From: a virus
Lineage: Duplodnaviria; Caudoviricetes
Direction: 5' to 3' (one strand)
IMG/VR virus record: IMGVR_UViG_3300021600_000393
Span: 1 to 64,000 of that record
DNA length: 64,000 nucleotides
The notes under the pieces were generated by a model. The model did no database searches. It was not told the origin of the DNA and saw only the letters and a list, made by a program, of their open reading frames with translations. The position numbers and the translations under genes are program-made. This document shows positions 33,802 to 44,300 of this stretch, in pieces; the stretch's first letter is position 1; every line of letters begins with the position of its first letter.

Positions 33802-34026
33802 TTATCCGTTTAAAAGTTGTTTAACCCCTTGCAAAGTTTCAACTTGAATTTTTTTATTTTGTTTCATAGTGTTGTCAACTCTTTCAATTAAACCATCTTT
33901 CATTCTAACGGTATAACAATCTCCAGTGTCTAAATCACATACTTCTTTATATCCATTACCAGCATCTTTTTCAGTGGTACGAGCACTTTTACCTAAATAA
34001 CTGTCCAAAATTAATTTTACATCCAT
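33802..34026 (-). CDS. Small hypothetical protein
   Basis: 74-aa ORF with TATTTATA at 34039-34046 upstream. Confidence 0.65.
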   Translation of the reverse strand: MDVKLILDSYLGKSARTTEKDAGNGYKEVCDLDTGDCYTVRMKDGLIERVDNTMKQNKKIQVETLQGVKQLLNG

Positions 34027-34109
34027 AACTTTTTTTATTATAAATATTGCGACTTTTAAAAAAGTGTTATTGAAGTCATTATTGTTGGAGTAATAATTAA
34101 AGAACCACT

Positions 34110-37100
34110 TTACGTTTTTGTGACACTAAAAAGATTTATACCTTCACTAATTCTTTGTTGCATAATCTTTTTTTCTTCAATACCAATATTATTATAATTT
34201 TCCTGACCAACATTAAAATCGCTCTCTATATTAATTATCCAAAACTTTAAAGCTTCTTCAGATTTTAATTGTAATTTTTCATTTAAACTTAATTGATATA
34301 ATCGTGTGCTCCATCTATTAACTAAAAAAGAGATAGGATTACTTACATTATCAAATACGGCATATGGTTTAACAATATTAGTATCATTTGTTAAACACAC
34401 ATAACTATTTTTATTGAAGAAATCTGAAGGTTGCGCCCAATCACTTGTTAAATCAATAGAGGCAAAATTATTATTTATTGATGAAAATCCAGTTTTATTA
34501 CCTGATGTTAAATAAAAAGAACAAAATATAATTTGTTCTAATATCTCTTTTTCTCTAGTTGACAATGCGGCAATATTTACTATAGAAATTATCATAGTTT
34601 TAATTTCTTTAAAATTATAAATTGTTTTTACTTTATCACCACTATCTAATTGATAGTATTTTTCGTATCTAACATATAAACTTTCATTACAATCCGCAAC
34701 CTCTGCAACGGTTAACCCCTTAGTCGCTTTTGATACTATATAAGAACTATTATTTTTAACATTACCACTACTTAATTTACTATCCAACGCATTTTGTTTT
34801 ATAAGTTGTTCAGATTTAGTGATTAAAGATTGTTTTAATGTTTCTAAATAATCAGTTGGTAATGGTAAACTAGCAACAGGTTGTCTTACACCTTCAAAAG
34901 AAGTATCAAATTTACCTGGAGATATTGTATGATTAACACTAGTTATCATATATGGGCCTGAAAACATTGGAATGTGTCGAAGATTAAAATACATTGTTGG
35001 TTGAATCATAGCATTACCTAACATATTAACACTACATTTATAAGACCTAGTTTTATACAAATCATATAATCCAACACTTTGTGACGACGCTCCTCTTCCA
35101 GAACCTTGATTTCTTAATTCAAACGCCATTTTTAATGATTCTGCAGTTTCTAATTTAGCGTCTTGAGCTACTGTAAACCCATTAAAAATTGATTGATTTT
35201 GTGGGCCAAATTCCACATTAAAAGCCACAACTTTATTTGAAAGAGCCCAATCACTTTTATTTTGTTGATTTTCAGATAAAGGATTGTCACTAGCTCTTCT
35301 CATATCAAACGAATCATCTTTAAATCTAACAGAACTATTGTTACCTGTCTTTAAATATTCACTAGCTTTACCACCATAAAAACAAACCATTTTTGATGAT
35401 GATTGTCTATAATCAACATTTGTAAAAGTCCCAAATAACGTATTACCAAACTCTAAAGTACCTTCAGTTTTTGGTATTGGGTTTTTAATAACATCTTGTA
35501 CATTATAAAAATTAATATATGATGGTAAATTCATTATAACAAAATTAGAAGTCTCAATAATACTTTTAACTATAGTTAATAAACTATTTCTAGGTTCTAT
35601 TTTTGTCAAATAATTATCTTTTATTTTAAAAATATCAACAATAACGTCATCCCCAACATTTTTACTAGCTCTATCAATCAATAATACATCCTCAAACAAT
35701 GTTTTATTTTTAAAATCATTACCTGAAATCCATTTATCATTTATTGCTTTAAAACTATCATATAATTCGTATTTATTTTGTGTTCCTTGAATTGTAGAAT
35801 TTTTTGTTATTAATGGTTCAATTTTTACCGTATCTAATTTTTTATTAATAATTGATGAAATATCGTTAATAATATCATCATGAAATGTTATTGATTTATC
35901 TAAATAGTCATCCATTGATTTTTTAAATGCCAAATTAGATTCAGATTGTTTTGTTGTTGGAATGTTAGAATAACTAGGGTTTGGTAATTTTACATAATTA
36001 ACAACAAGATATTTTTGTAATGCGGCTCTAGGGTCAGAAAAATTTTTTCCGTAATATTCAATTATTACTTCATCCACAATCCCCCTAATAATTTCATCAT
36101 CAGTAAGATTACCACCAACATTATTGATTAATGTTTTATTTGGTGAAATATATATTGTTTTACCACTTAAATCTCTTAATATTGGAACAATATTAAAATT
36201 AGTTGTCTTATATAAATTTAAAATTTCATCACCAATAATATTTGAAGATGATGGAGCTCCACTTGAAGGTGTTGGTGTCCCAATTGACAGTGTTGGCGTT
36301 ACTGATGGTGTTGGAGTTACAGATGGAGCTCCATTTGAAGGTGTTGGAGTAACAGTTGGAGCTTGTTTTATTTCGGCGTACGCTATTAAATCTTTATCAA
36401 TTGAAGAAATAGGAACTCCCGGCGTTTTTTCTGAAAAAGATTGGAACAATTTTTGAGAAGCGTATAATTTAATTATTGTTGCTAATTTTTTTATATTTGT
36501 ACTTGTAAAAGCAACATTAAAATCAATAAAAAAATCAGTTATATAAGAACCATCATTACTATAGGTTAACTTTGGATTATTTGAAAACCCAACATACACT
36601 TCTAAATCTTTCCAGGCCTGCGAATAACTAGCTTTAGAGTCTATTAATAAAGGAACCGGATTTCCTTTAACAGGTAAAGCATTTGGCGTTGTTGTTGTAT
36701 ACAACTCCCAAGTAATTGGTTCAGTAATTAATTTATTTGAAAATGAATAAAAAAGTTTTTTATCAAAAAATGATGGGTTCCCGTTTACAAATAAAATATC
36801 ATTTTTTAAAAAATTATTTAAAACAAGAGTAATGTTTTTAATTTGCGCGGTTTGTATTTTTTCTAATAACCCTTCATTTGTCATTCCCTTATAAAAAGTT
36901 TCATCATATGGAACCGTTAACATACTTTTAATTAAAACTTGAAAATTTATATTATTCAAAATTGGGTTTTCCGACAAAATTTTTGAATCAATATTTGTAT
37001 CAGAAACACAAAAATTTAAAAATTCTTTTTCAAAACCATCTAATATATTTTTATCAAAAACTGAAAACATTTCTTCAAAATTTGAATAAGGTATATCTTG

Positions 37101-40100
37101 CCCATTTATTGAATAATTTTCTTGTTCAGGTTGACCAGAAAAAATATGTTTCATGTATTGATTTGGCGTTGGTCTTGTTATTTTTTCAACATCAAAATAC
37201 CCAAATTGAGACGCTGCCCAAAATAATCTAATTGACCCATTATGTATTGAAGTATTTCCGGTTACACTTTGAATTAATTTATTATTATCGTTAATTATTT
37301 CATTATATGCTTGATTTTTAAAAGAACCGTGCGAAGGTAAGATGTAACTATTTAATTTATCATCACTATAAATAATAGAAGTCCATGGTGTTATTGAAAA
37401 ATCTTCAAATTTAGAAATTATTGCATCGTTTATTAAAAAAGTTTTAAGTCCTGGACTTCCATCTATAGACATTTTTGATTGTATCTCTTCTGAAATTGAA
37501 GTACCTGTTGTACCAGTTGTTTTAATTTCAAACAAATCTTTCCCCGTTAAGAAAAAATTAAAATCGTTAATAAGTTTAGGGTAAAACCCAACGTTTATTG
37601 AGGTAAATTTAACGTTTCCAAAAGACATATTTTTTTCTAAAACAATGTCATAATTGTTATTAACGCCTGTTAAATAATACGTAAGTTCTGGATTTTTAGT
37701 TATTGGGTCATAATTATTAAGATAACTAAACCCAGACCAAGATTGGTTTAAAATATCATTACCGGTTTGAATATGTTTCTTATAACGATGCCAAATTGAC
37801 CCTATTTTTAATATCCAAGAATACGGTAATTTATGAACACCAGCAAATTTTTTCAACGACGCAAAAATATAATCTAAATCTTCAATAGAAGATGGCCCAG
37901 CTAAACCTTCCGGAGTAAATGTTTTATATTTTTCTTTTAATGTTGACAATGGTAAACTATTTAAAAAAAGATAAGCGGCGGAAATAAATGGGGGGTCGAT
38001 TGAGTTGTTTTTATAATTATTAATTCCTTCTTGTAAAGCATTTATAAAAAATGGGGTGTTTAAAATTGAAGTTGTTTGATTGTTTCCTACAAACCCGCTA
38101 TAATTAAAATATCTAACATTACCTTCAGTTATAAATTGATTATTGAACTTTCTATCTTTATAAAATTCATTAAAAAAATTGTCATTAGACTTTAAAACTT
38201 GAGGCGTTATTGATTGTCCAGTCTCAGTTAAAAAATTAACAATTGGTCTTCTTGTTAAACTGGTAGTCTCAGAATTAAAATTAGTAATGGTTTTTAAAGT
38301 TTTGTGGTATTTTAATGTTGTTTTTGTTTCAAATCCATTTTTTTTTATATTTTTTCCATCCGCAAAATAATCTTTAACCCAATTTAAATCTATAAATGGT
38401 TGTAAATCTGTAAAGTCAAAATTATTACCACTATCCGAGCTAAGAAATTCATCTATTTCTACAACATTACTTAAAGAAGGTTTTGGTTGATATGCGGTGT
38501 TTGATAAAACATTAATATTTAAGATTGAAAATTGAGAGTTTTTTAAAATGTTCTGTATATATGGCGTTACAAATTCTCCCCTTATAAACGTTAACCAATT
38601 ATCCCCACTTCCGTTATTTGAAGCTTGTCTTAAAACATCCTGAAAATTAGTACTACTTATATTATATTCCTTTAAAATGTTAACTAAAAATGGGCTGTTA
38701 TTACCTAAGGCGGTAATTAAATTATTTGACTCAACTTCGGTAACAGAAAATAATAATTTGGAATAATTATCTGTATCTGCCTTTTTAGATACTCTAGATA
38801 ATCTTGAGTAGTTAGCAGTTAAAAATATTCTTTCATATAATTCATATAAAAATCTAACAACTTCTTTATTTGAAAAAACTTGGTTATTAATTGGTATTTC
38901 AATAGTGTTAAAACTAAGTCTTTCAATATCAACATCTGAATTTACTGTTGGCGGTAAACCTTGTGATACTTCTTCAGTTTGCGTTAAAGCGTTAACAAAT
39001 TCTTCAACAAACTCAACTTCAGGCCAAATACTATAATCATTCCCTTTAGTCTGAGTAATTAATTCTGGGTCCCCAGGATATTTATGATTATAAATACCTT
39101 GACCATTTTCTCCTTTAGATTTAACAATAAATGACGGCCAAGGATAAACTGGAGTGTCATTACCGTCAATTGCATCAGGATTTGCGCTTTTTGTAAAAGT
39201 ATTTAAAACAGAATTAACTCTATCTTCATCCTTACTTTTTTCCCAAGCTTTAGTATGAACATCATCTAAAAGCCTTAAAAAAGCTTCTCCATTTGCAAAA
39301 AAAACAGATAAAACATTTCTTAAAGTTGGTTGAAATTTTATTCCTGTGTTTCCTCCACTTTTAACAAAATTTCCAAGAGCGGCGGTTATACTTTCTTCAA
39401 TTTTATTTTTTTTATCTTCAAGTTCTTTTTTTATGTCTTTTATAATTGGAGTAAAAGTGTTTGGTGTTCCATCATCAAAAACAAAAAACATTTGTCTTAT
39501 TTCGTTTTTTGTGTTTCCTTCGGCGTCTATAACTATTTCAATTTGTTTTGCTTTCAGTTTGAGAATTTCATTTTCATACGCCTTTTTTTGTGTTTCATTT
39601 GGTCCAGAATTACTCCCTGTCCTTTGTCTCCAAGTTTTTTCAATATTAATGTCTTCACCGTTATTAAAATTATAAACAAATTTTTCATAGGTTATCTTTG
39701 TAACATTTGAAATTTCTGAATCTTCTGAGTTTGATTTATTTCCATTACCATTATTAATAACATATTTTCCTCCAGTACCAAAAGTTTTATTTTTTAATAA
39801 AAGGTCATTAAATTTAATAATTATACCTTTTAATTTCTCTTTTACCTCATATTCTTTACCGTCTAGTAAAAAAGCATCATTTAATTGATAAAATATTGCT
39901 CCATTATTTAAAACAAAAAAAGCTTTTGTATCTAAATATTGTTTAGCCCATGACCCTTCAATAGACGCGTCACCAAGAAAAATTTTTCGATTATACTCAT
40001 TAAGGGTATCGTTGTAAGCCCTAATATCTGATAACGGACCTAAATTTTGTTTACTAAAAGATTCTATAACATTTTTTGCAAAAGTATCTAAATACGCTTT

Positions 40101-41030
40101 AAGTTCCATTAAAGTGTATTCAGGTAAATTATTATTAATCAAACCTTTTATTTTATATTCACTATAAACCTCACTTAATTTTTGTTGCCCTAAAGTAAGT
40201 GTGTTATTTGTAACGTTTTTACTTCCGTCATTTGAATTTAAAGTAGATGTTGTAGTAACTGTGGTTTTATACATATGAGGTAACGCTAAAACGTGTCCCA
40301 TCGTTATTTCACTTAATATTGTATATTTATAAGTTAAAAAATTTAAATCAATTACAAAATTTCCCGTTTCATGAGAATACCTTGATGTAAATTTTTGTAA
40401 CATTATCTCATATCTAACGGCTTTTCCATAATAACCTTTTAAAGTTAAAAAAAATTTTGGGTATGGTAAATTAAAAAAGGCAGCATATGGTGAATTATCT
40501 CCAAGTTCAAATAATGCCCTTCCTTTTATGTCTTCTAAAACGACTGAAATTGTTGGTAGAAAAGATGTGTTTTGTTTAATTGTAATACTTTTTATTCCCA
40601 ATAATCCATTATTAACAGAACCTGGTTTACCTCCCGAATTAATCGATTTTGATAAATAATATTCATCAGGTTTATTATCATTAACTTCGATTTTTGATGT
40701 TAACACAACTTGATTATTACCTTTACCCTCAATAGAATCTTTACCAGTTATTTCATCTGTCCAACTATTATCCAAAAAAGTTTTATCCTGTTGTTTTAAA
40801 AAATTAATTGTGGCTAATGAAACAATATTTGCACTATCATACGATTCACCTAAAACTAATTTAGTTCTAGGTATCATCTTACACTCAAGATTTGCATACA
40901 TAACAAGATTTTCTTGTTTTACAAATCTATCACTTACAATTCCATTTTCATTTATAACCCTATTAGGGTCAACAACAACAATGTTATTATAATCAAATTC
41001 TACAAAAATGTTTTCTGAATTATCTTCCAT
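34110..41030 (-). CDS. Giant (2306 aa) baseplate hub-like protein (gp27/GpD/VgrG-like termini)
   Basis: C-terminal YKCSVNMLGNAMIQPTMYFNL...FSGPYMITSVNHTISPGKFDTSFEG and N-terminal GIKSITIK...ISVVLEDIKG motifs are typical of hub proteins. Follows the LysM/gp53-like gene. Confidence 0.65.
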   Translation of the reverse strand: MEDNSENIFVEFDYNNIVVVDPNRVINENGIVSDRFVKQENLVMYANLECKMIPRTKLVLGESYDSANIVSLATINFLKQQDKTFLDNSWTDEITGKDSIEGKGNNQVVLTSKIEVNDNKPDEYYLSKSINSGGKPGSVNNGLLGIKSITIKQNTSFLPTISVVLEDIKGRALFELGDNSPYAAFFNLPYPKFFLTLKGYYGKAVRYEIMLQKFTSRYSHETGNFVIDLNFLTYKYTILSEITMGHVLALPHMYKTTVTTTSTLNSNDGSKNVTNNTLTLGQQKLSEVYSEYKIKGLINNNLPEYTLMELKAYLDTFAKNVIESFSKQNLGPLSDIRAYNDTLNEYNRKIFLGDASIEGSWAKQYLDTKAFFVLNNGAIFYQLNDAFLLDGKEYEVKEKLKGIIIKFNDLLLKNKTFGTGGKYVINNGNGNKSNSEDSEISNVTKITYEKFVYNFNNGEDINIEKTWRQRTGSNSGPNETQKKAYENEILKLKAKQIEIVIDAEGNTKNEIRQMFFVFDDGTPNTFTPIIKDIKKELEDKKNKIEESITAALGNFVKSGGNTGIKFQPTLRNVLSVFFANGEAFLRLLDDVHTKAWEKSKDEDRVNSVLNTFTKSANPDAIDGNDTPVYPWPSFIVKSKGENGQGIYNHKYPGDPELITQTKGNDYSIWPEVEFVEEFVNALTQTEEVSQGLPPTVNSDVDIERLSFNTIEIPINNQVFSNKEVVRFLYELYERIFLTANYSRLSRVSKKADTDNYSKLLFSVTEVESNNLITALGNNSPFLVNILKEYNISSTNFQDVLRQASNNGSGDNWLTFIRGEFVTPYIQNILKNSQFSILNINVLSNTAYQPKPSLSNVVEIDEFLSSDSGNNFDFTDLQPFIDLNWVKDYFADGKNIKKNGFETKTTLKYHKTLKTITNFNSETTSLTRRPIVNFLTETGQSITPQVLKSNDNFFNEFYKDRKFNNQFITEGNVRYFNYSGFVGNNQTTSILNTPFFINALQEGINNYKNNSIDPPFISAAYLFLNSLPLSTLKEKYKTFTPEGLAGPSSIEDLDYIFASLKKFAGVHKLPYSWILKIGSIWHRYKKHIQTGNDILNQSWSGFSYLNNYDPITKNPELTYYLTGVNNNYDIVLEKNMSFGNVKFTSINVGFYPKLINDFNFFLTGKDLFEIKTTGTTGTSISEEIQSKMSIDGSPGLKTFLINDAIISKFEDFSITPWTSIIYSDDKLNSYILPSHGSFKNQAYNEIINDNNKLIQSVTGNTSIHNGSIRLFWAASQFGYFDVEKITRPTPNQYMKHIFSGQPEQENYSINGQDIPYSNFEEMFSVFDKNILDGFEKEFLNFCVSDTNIDSKILSENPILNNINFQVLIKSMLTVPYDETFYKGMTNEGLLEKIQTAQIKNITLVLNNFLKNDILFVNGNPSFFDKKLFYSFSNKLITEPITWELYTTTTPNALPVKGNPVPLLIDSKASYSQAWKDLEVYVGFSNNPKLTYSNDGSYITDFFIDFNVAFTSTNIKKLATIIKLYASQKLFQSFSEKTPGVPISSIDKDLIAYAEIKQAPTVTPTPSNGAPSVTPTPSVTPTLSIGTPTPSSGAPSSSNIIGDEILNLYKTTNFNIVPILRDLSGKTIYISPNKTLINNVGGNLTDDEIIRGIVDEVIIEYYGKNFSDPRAALQKYLVVNYVKLPNPSYSNIPTTKQSESNLAFKKSMDDYLDKSITFHDDIINDISSIINKKLDTVKIEPLITKNSTIQGTQNKYELYDSFKAINDKWISGNDFKNKTLFEDVLLIDRASKNVGDDVIVDIFKIKDNYLTKIEPRNSLLTIVKSIIETSNFVIMNLPSYINFYNVQDVIKNPIPKTEGTLEFGNTLFGTFTNVDYRQSSSKMVCFYGGKASEYLKTGNNSSVRFKDDSFDMRRASDNPLSENQQNKSDWALSNKVVAFNVEFGPQNQSIFNGFTVAQDAKLETAESLKMAFELRNQGSGRGASSQSVGLYDLYKTRSYKCSVNMLGNAMIQPTMYFNLRHIPMFSGPYMITSVNHTISPGKFDTSFEGVRQPVASLPLPTDYLETLKQSLITKSEQLIKQNALDSKLSSGNVKNNSSYIVSKATKGLTVAEVADCNESLYVRYEKYYQLDSGDKVKTIYNFKEIKTMIISIVNIAALSTREKEILEQIIFCSFYLTSGNKTGFSSINNNFASIDLTSDWAQPSDFFNKNSYVCLTNDTNIVKPYAVFDNVSNPISFLVNRWSTRLYQLSLNEKLQLKSEEALKFWIINIESDFNVGQENYNNIGIEEKKIMQQRISEGINLFSVTKT

Positions 41031-41346
41031 AATAGAAAAAACGGTTTTCTAACGCCGCTTTATAGTCTTGTAATGAACTTACTAAAGGAAATGGAATTGT
41101 CAAGATAGAATTATTAGGTATTGCCCACTCTTGACTCCCAAATTGTGGATTTGCCATCATAATTAACCACCCAAAATACGGTGTCCCATAATAAAGTTGA
41201 GATACTTTATCCATTCTAGATTGTCCAGACTTATATATGTAACGTTTATCTGTTGATTTACTTTGTATTAAAACAAATGGTAATACCGTTTGTTCCCCAT
41301 TAATTATAAAATCGGAATATCTATTATAATATTGTCTTGATGCCAT
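41020..41346 (-). CDS. LysM/tail-X (gp53-like) baseplate protein
   Basis: SRMDKVSQLYYGTPYFGWLIMMANP...LTIP. Confidence 0.8.
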   Translation of the reverse strand: MASRQYYNRYSDFIINGEQTVLPFVLIQSKSTDKRYIYKSGQSRMDKVSQLYYGTPYFGWLIMMANPQFGSQEWAIPNNSILTIPFPLVSSLQDYKAALENRFFYYGR

Positions 41347-41348
41347 TT

Positions 41349-44300
41349 TTAGTTAAATTTAATTTTACCGTCAAAAGTAGTTGTATCCACGTTAGGGTTT
41401 TGTGTTGCATATAAATCTTTTATTTTTTTCTTTTGGTCACTGTCCTCAGCAATTGGAACGGTTGTATATGTAAATTTTCTTATTGGCCCTTTTACATATG
41501 TATTTTGAGAAAGTTTATCAATAAACTCTTTTTTTACCGATTCTTTACGTTTTCCAAATTCTTTAATTTCATTATCAAATTTAGTAATATAAATTGTTGA
41601 TACATTGTTTAACGAACTGTCAAAAGCTTGAATTTCTTTTTTATATTTTTTTACGTCCTTTAACAACACACCTAAAACATTTGCTCTAAATTCATTTTTT
41701 TTGTTTTTAAGAGTTTGAACAATGACACTATAAAATGCTTTAGCAATCGGCGGATTTTCATTTCTTGTTATTTTTAAATAAAGGCTGCCTATTCCTAACC
41801 CTTGGTCACCATAAAATTTTAAAACGTTTTTGCCAAAATTATCAAAATCAGATTTTAACTCATCTAACGTATTATTAATACCCTGTTTTGCTGGTTTAGT
41901 TATATCATCTGTACCCTCTAAATTATAAATCCGTATATTACCACCACCTATAATAATCCCATCTGTTTTTTCAGATATTAAATTTATTTTTCTTATATCT
42001 TGAACTAAAGACTCTTGTTGTGTAGATAAATTTTGAATAATTTGTTGGATTGAATTACTAAAATTACTTTGTACTTTGTCTTTTATATAGGTTTTCATAT
42101 TATCTTTAATTATTTTTAAAGTAGTACCTGAAATATTTTGCATTTTTTCTAAAATTCCACCTATTATTGGATTTGACGATTTATCTATATCAGTATAAAC
42201 ACTTGTAAACAAGTCATTTATATTTGTACCAATCTCCGGTTTTGGTTTACCAAAAATTTTAGTTTTTTGTCCACCTGTTAAAACGGTTCCCTCAATAAAC
42301 AATCTGTCTTTTCTAAATAATTCTAAAATATCAAGATTATAAGTTTTAACAATAATTTCTAACTGATTTAATAAATTTGTATAATATGTTTTAGTATCGT
42401 CAAATAATAAATCCATTATGTTTTTATATGAAATATCTCCATTTGACCCTACAGCATTTGATTTTGTTGTTAATATTTGCCCAATTGTAGTACCACCATT
42501 ATTATTAATTTGGGAAGCTATGTTGTTAACATCAGTTTTTATTTCACCTTTAACAATTGAATTAAAAAACTCCATATCCATAGCGGAAGTGTCTTCAGTT
42601 GGTACCGCTCTTTCATCGTAAATTTCAGTGTTTGCGTAATAATTAAAAGATAACGCATTTTGAAGTTGTTCTATTGGTCTTTGTAATCCAGACCCACCAA
42701 TAAAATTAAACGCCATTGTTATTTTGGCAATCATTGGTTGGACTCCTATTCCTTCGGGATTTAAATCAAATAAAAGCGGGTCATATTGAATACCGAATTG
42801 AGTTGGGACTATTTTGGTGTTATAAAAATCGCCAATTCTAAGAACTAAAATTGGTGGAGTCCCAAAAGAAGTGTTTAAAGCGTCATTAAATTTTGGCTTA
42901 CCATCAGGGCCAATTACCGGAATTGTGTCACCAGGTCTTACGCATTGTTGTAAAAAAGTTAGTCTTGAATTTAATCCTTCAGGAGTCATTGAATGAAACG
43001 CAGGGTTAAAATGTTTAATTTTTTCTTTTATTGAGGCGTAAACCATTGGAGAATTCTCTTCAATCATTTCAAAATAACTAGCCTCGTTTAACAGCCCTCT
43101 TATTATTTTTTTTGCAATTCCTTCTTTAAGTTTTGAAGTTATTCCAATTACCTTTGGTAGAATTGGTGTTTTTTTAATCCCAATTTTTGACTTTTCAACA
43201 ACATTTTCTTCTTTAATTGTTTTGGAATAGTCTTTCGCACTTATGTCAGAAATTACAACTCTACGACAAGCCATAGCACTAACCGAATAAACTTGAGCGT
43301 CCTTAGGCGTTTGTAAGTCAGTACATGTAATATTATTACCAAAGTCACCTGTACCTCCTTTTGGGGTTACATTTTTTTCAGATTCTCCTTTGGAGTCAAA
43401 AGTTATTTCTAAACTTCCGTCCAATAAAGCCTCTTGAAACGTTTTAGATGATGTTTTAAAATACGTCTCAATAGAGTCAACTCTGTTTTTGGACAACGTT
43501 AGATTGTACTTATCATCAGCAAGAGCCGATGCTGAACCAACAAAAGTGATTTTTACTTCTCCCTGTTTTTTAATTAAATAAGTTTCAAGGTCAGACATAA
43601 GATTTTTATCGGGGTTACCAATTGTCTTATCAATCTGTTTAAAATTATTAACAATTATGTTTTCAAAAAACTGTGTTGTGTTTTTATTAAAACCAGTAAA
43701 ATTTTTAGAAAACGTTTCATATGTTCCACTTCTTCCCGTATACGTATTAAATAAAGTAAGATAATTTCCAGCACCAACATCATTATCAAAATAAAAACCA
43801 AGGGATTTGTAATCATTAAATGAATCGTTTGTTTTTGGACCAATCGTTGTTTCCTCTGTTTTTGTTTCTTTAACAATCTCAGTAATTTGTTCAACGCTAA
43901 CTCCAGGTTTACTTAATATTTCTTGATACGTTACCAAATCTTTTGATTCTACATAAGGAAATCTTTTTGCTAATTCAATTATGTCAAATTTTGCACATCC
44001 AGCAAAAAAAGATTCAACAATTGAATTTACTCTTTCACTATCAGCGTTTTGAAGTTGTTTTTTAACTATAAGGTTTAAAATTGATGGATGGTCAACAATT
44101 ATTTTCCAAGATAAAGTTCCAGTCCTTGTAGTTTCTTTATATGTATATATTGGCTCTGGTCTTCCAAGAAAACTTGTCGGAGTAAAACTTGGATTACTGG
44201 TTTCGCTAAAACTAATATCATAAGGTGGAAACCACATAACTCTACCCCCATTTTGTCCTTTTTCTTCAGCAGGTAATTGGTCATAAGTAAAACCATCTCT

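Noticed and set aside
34055-34109. In-frame continuation after the stop of the 2306-aa gene (SGSLIITPTIMTSITLF)
   Set aside because: Only 17 codons, with weak resemblance to Pro/Thr repeats. Insufficient evidence for readthrough.
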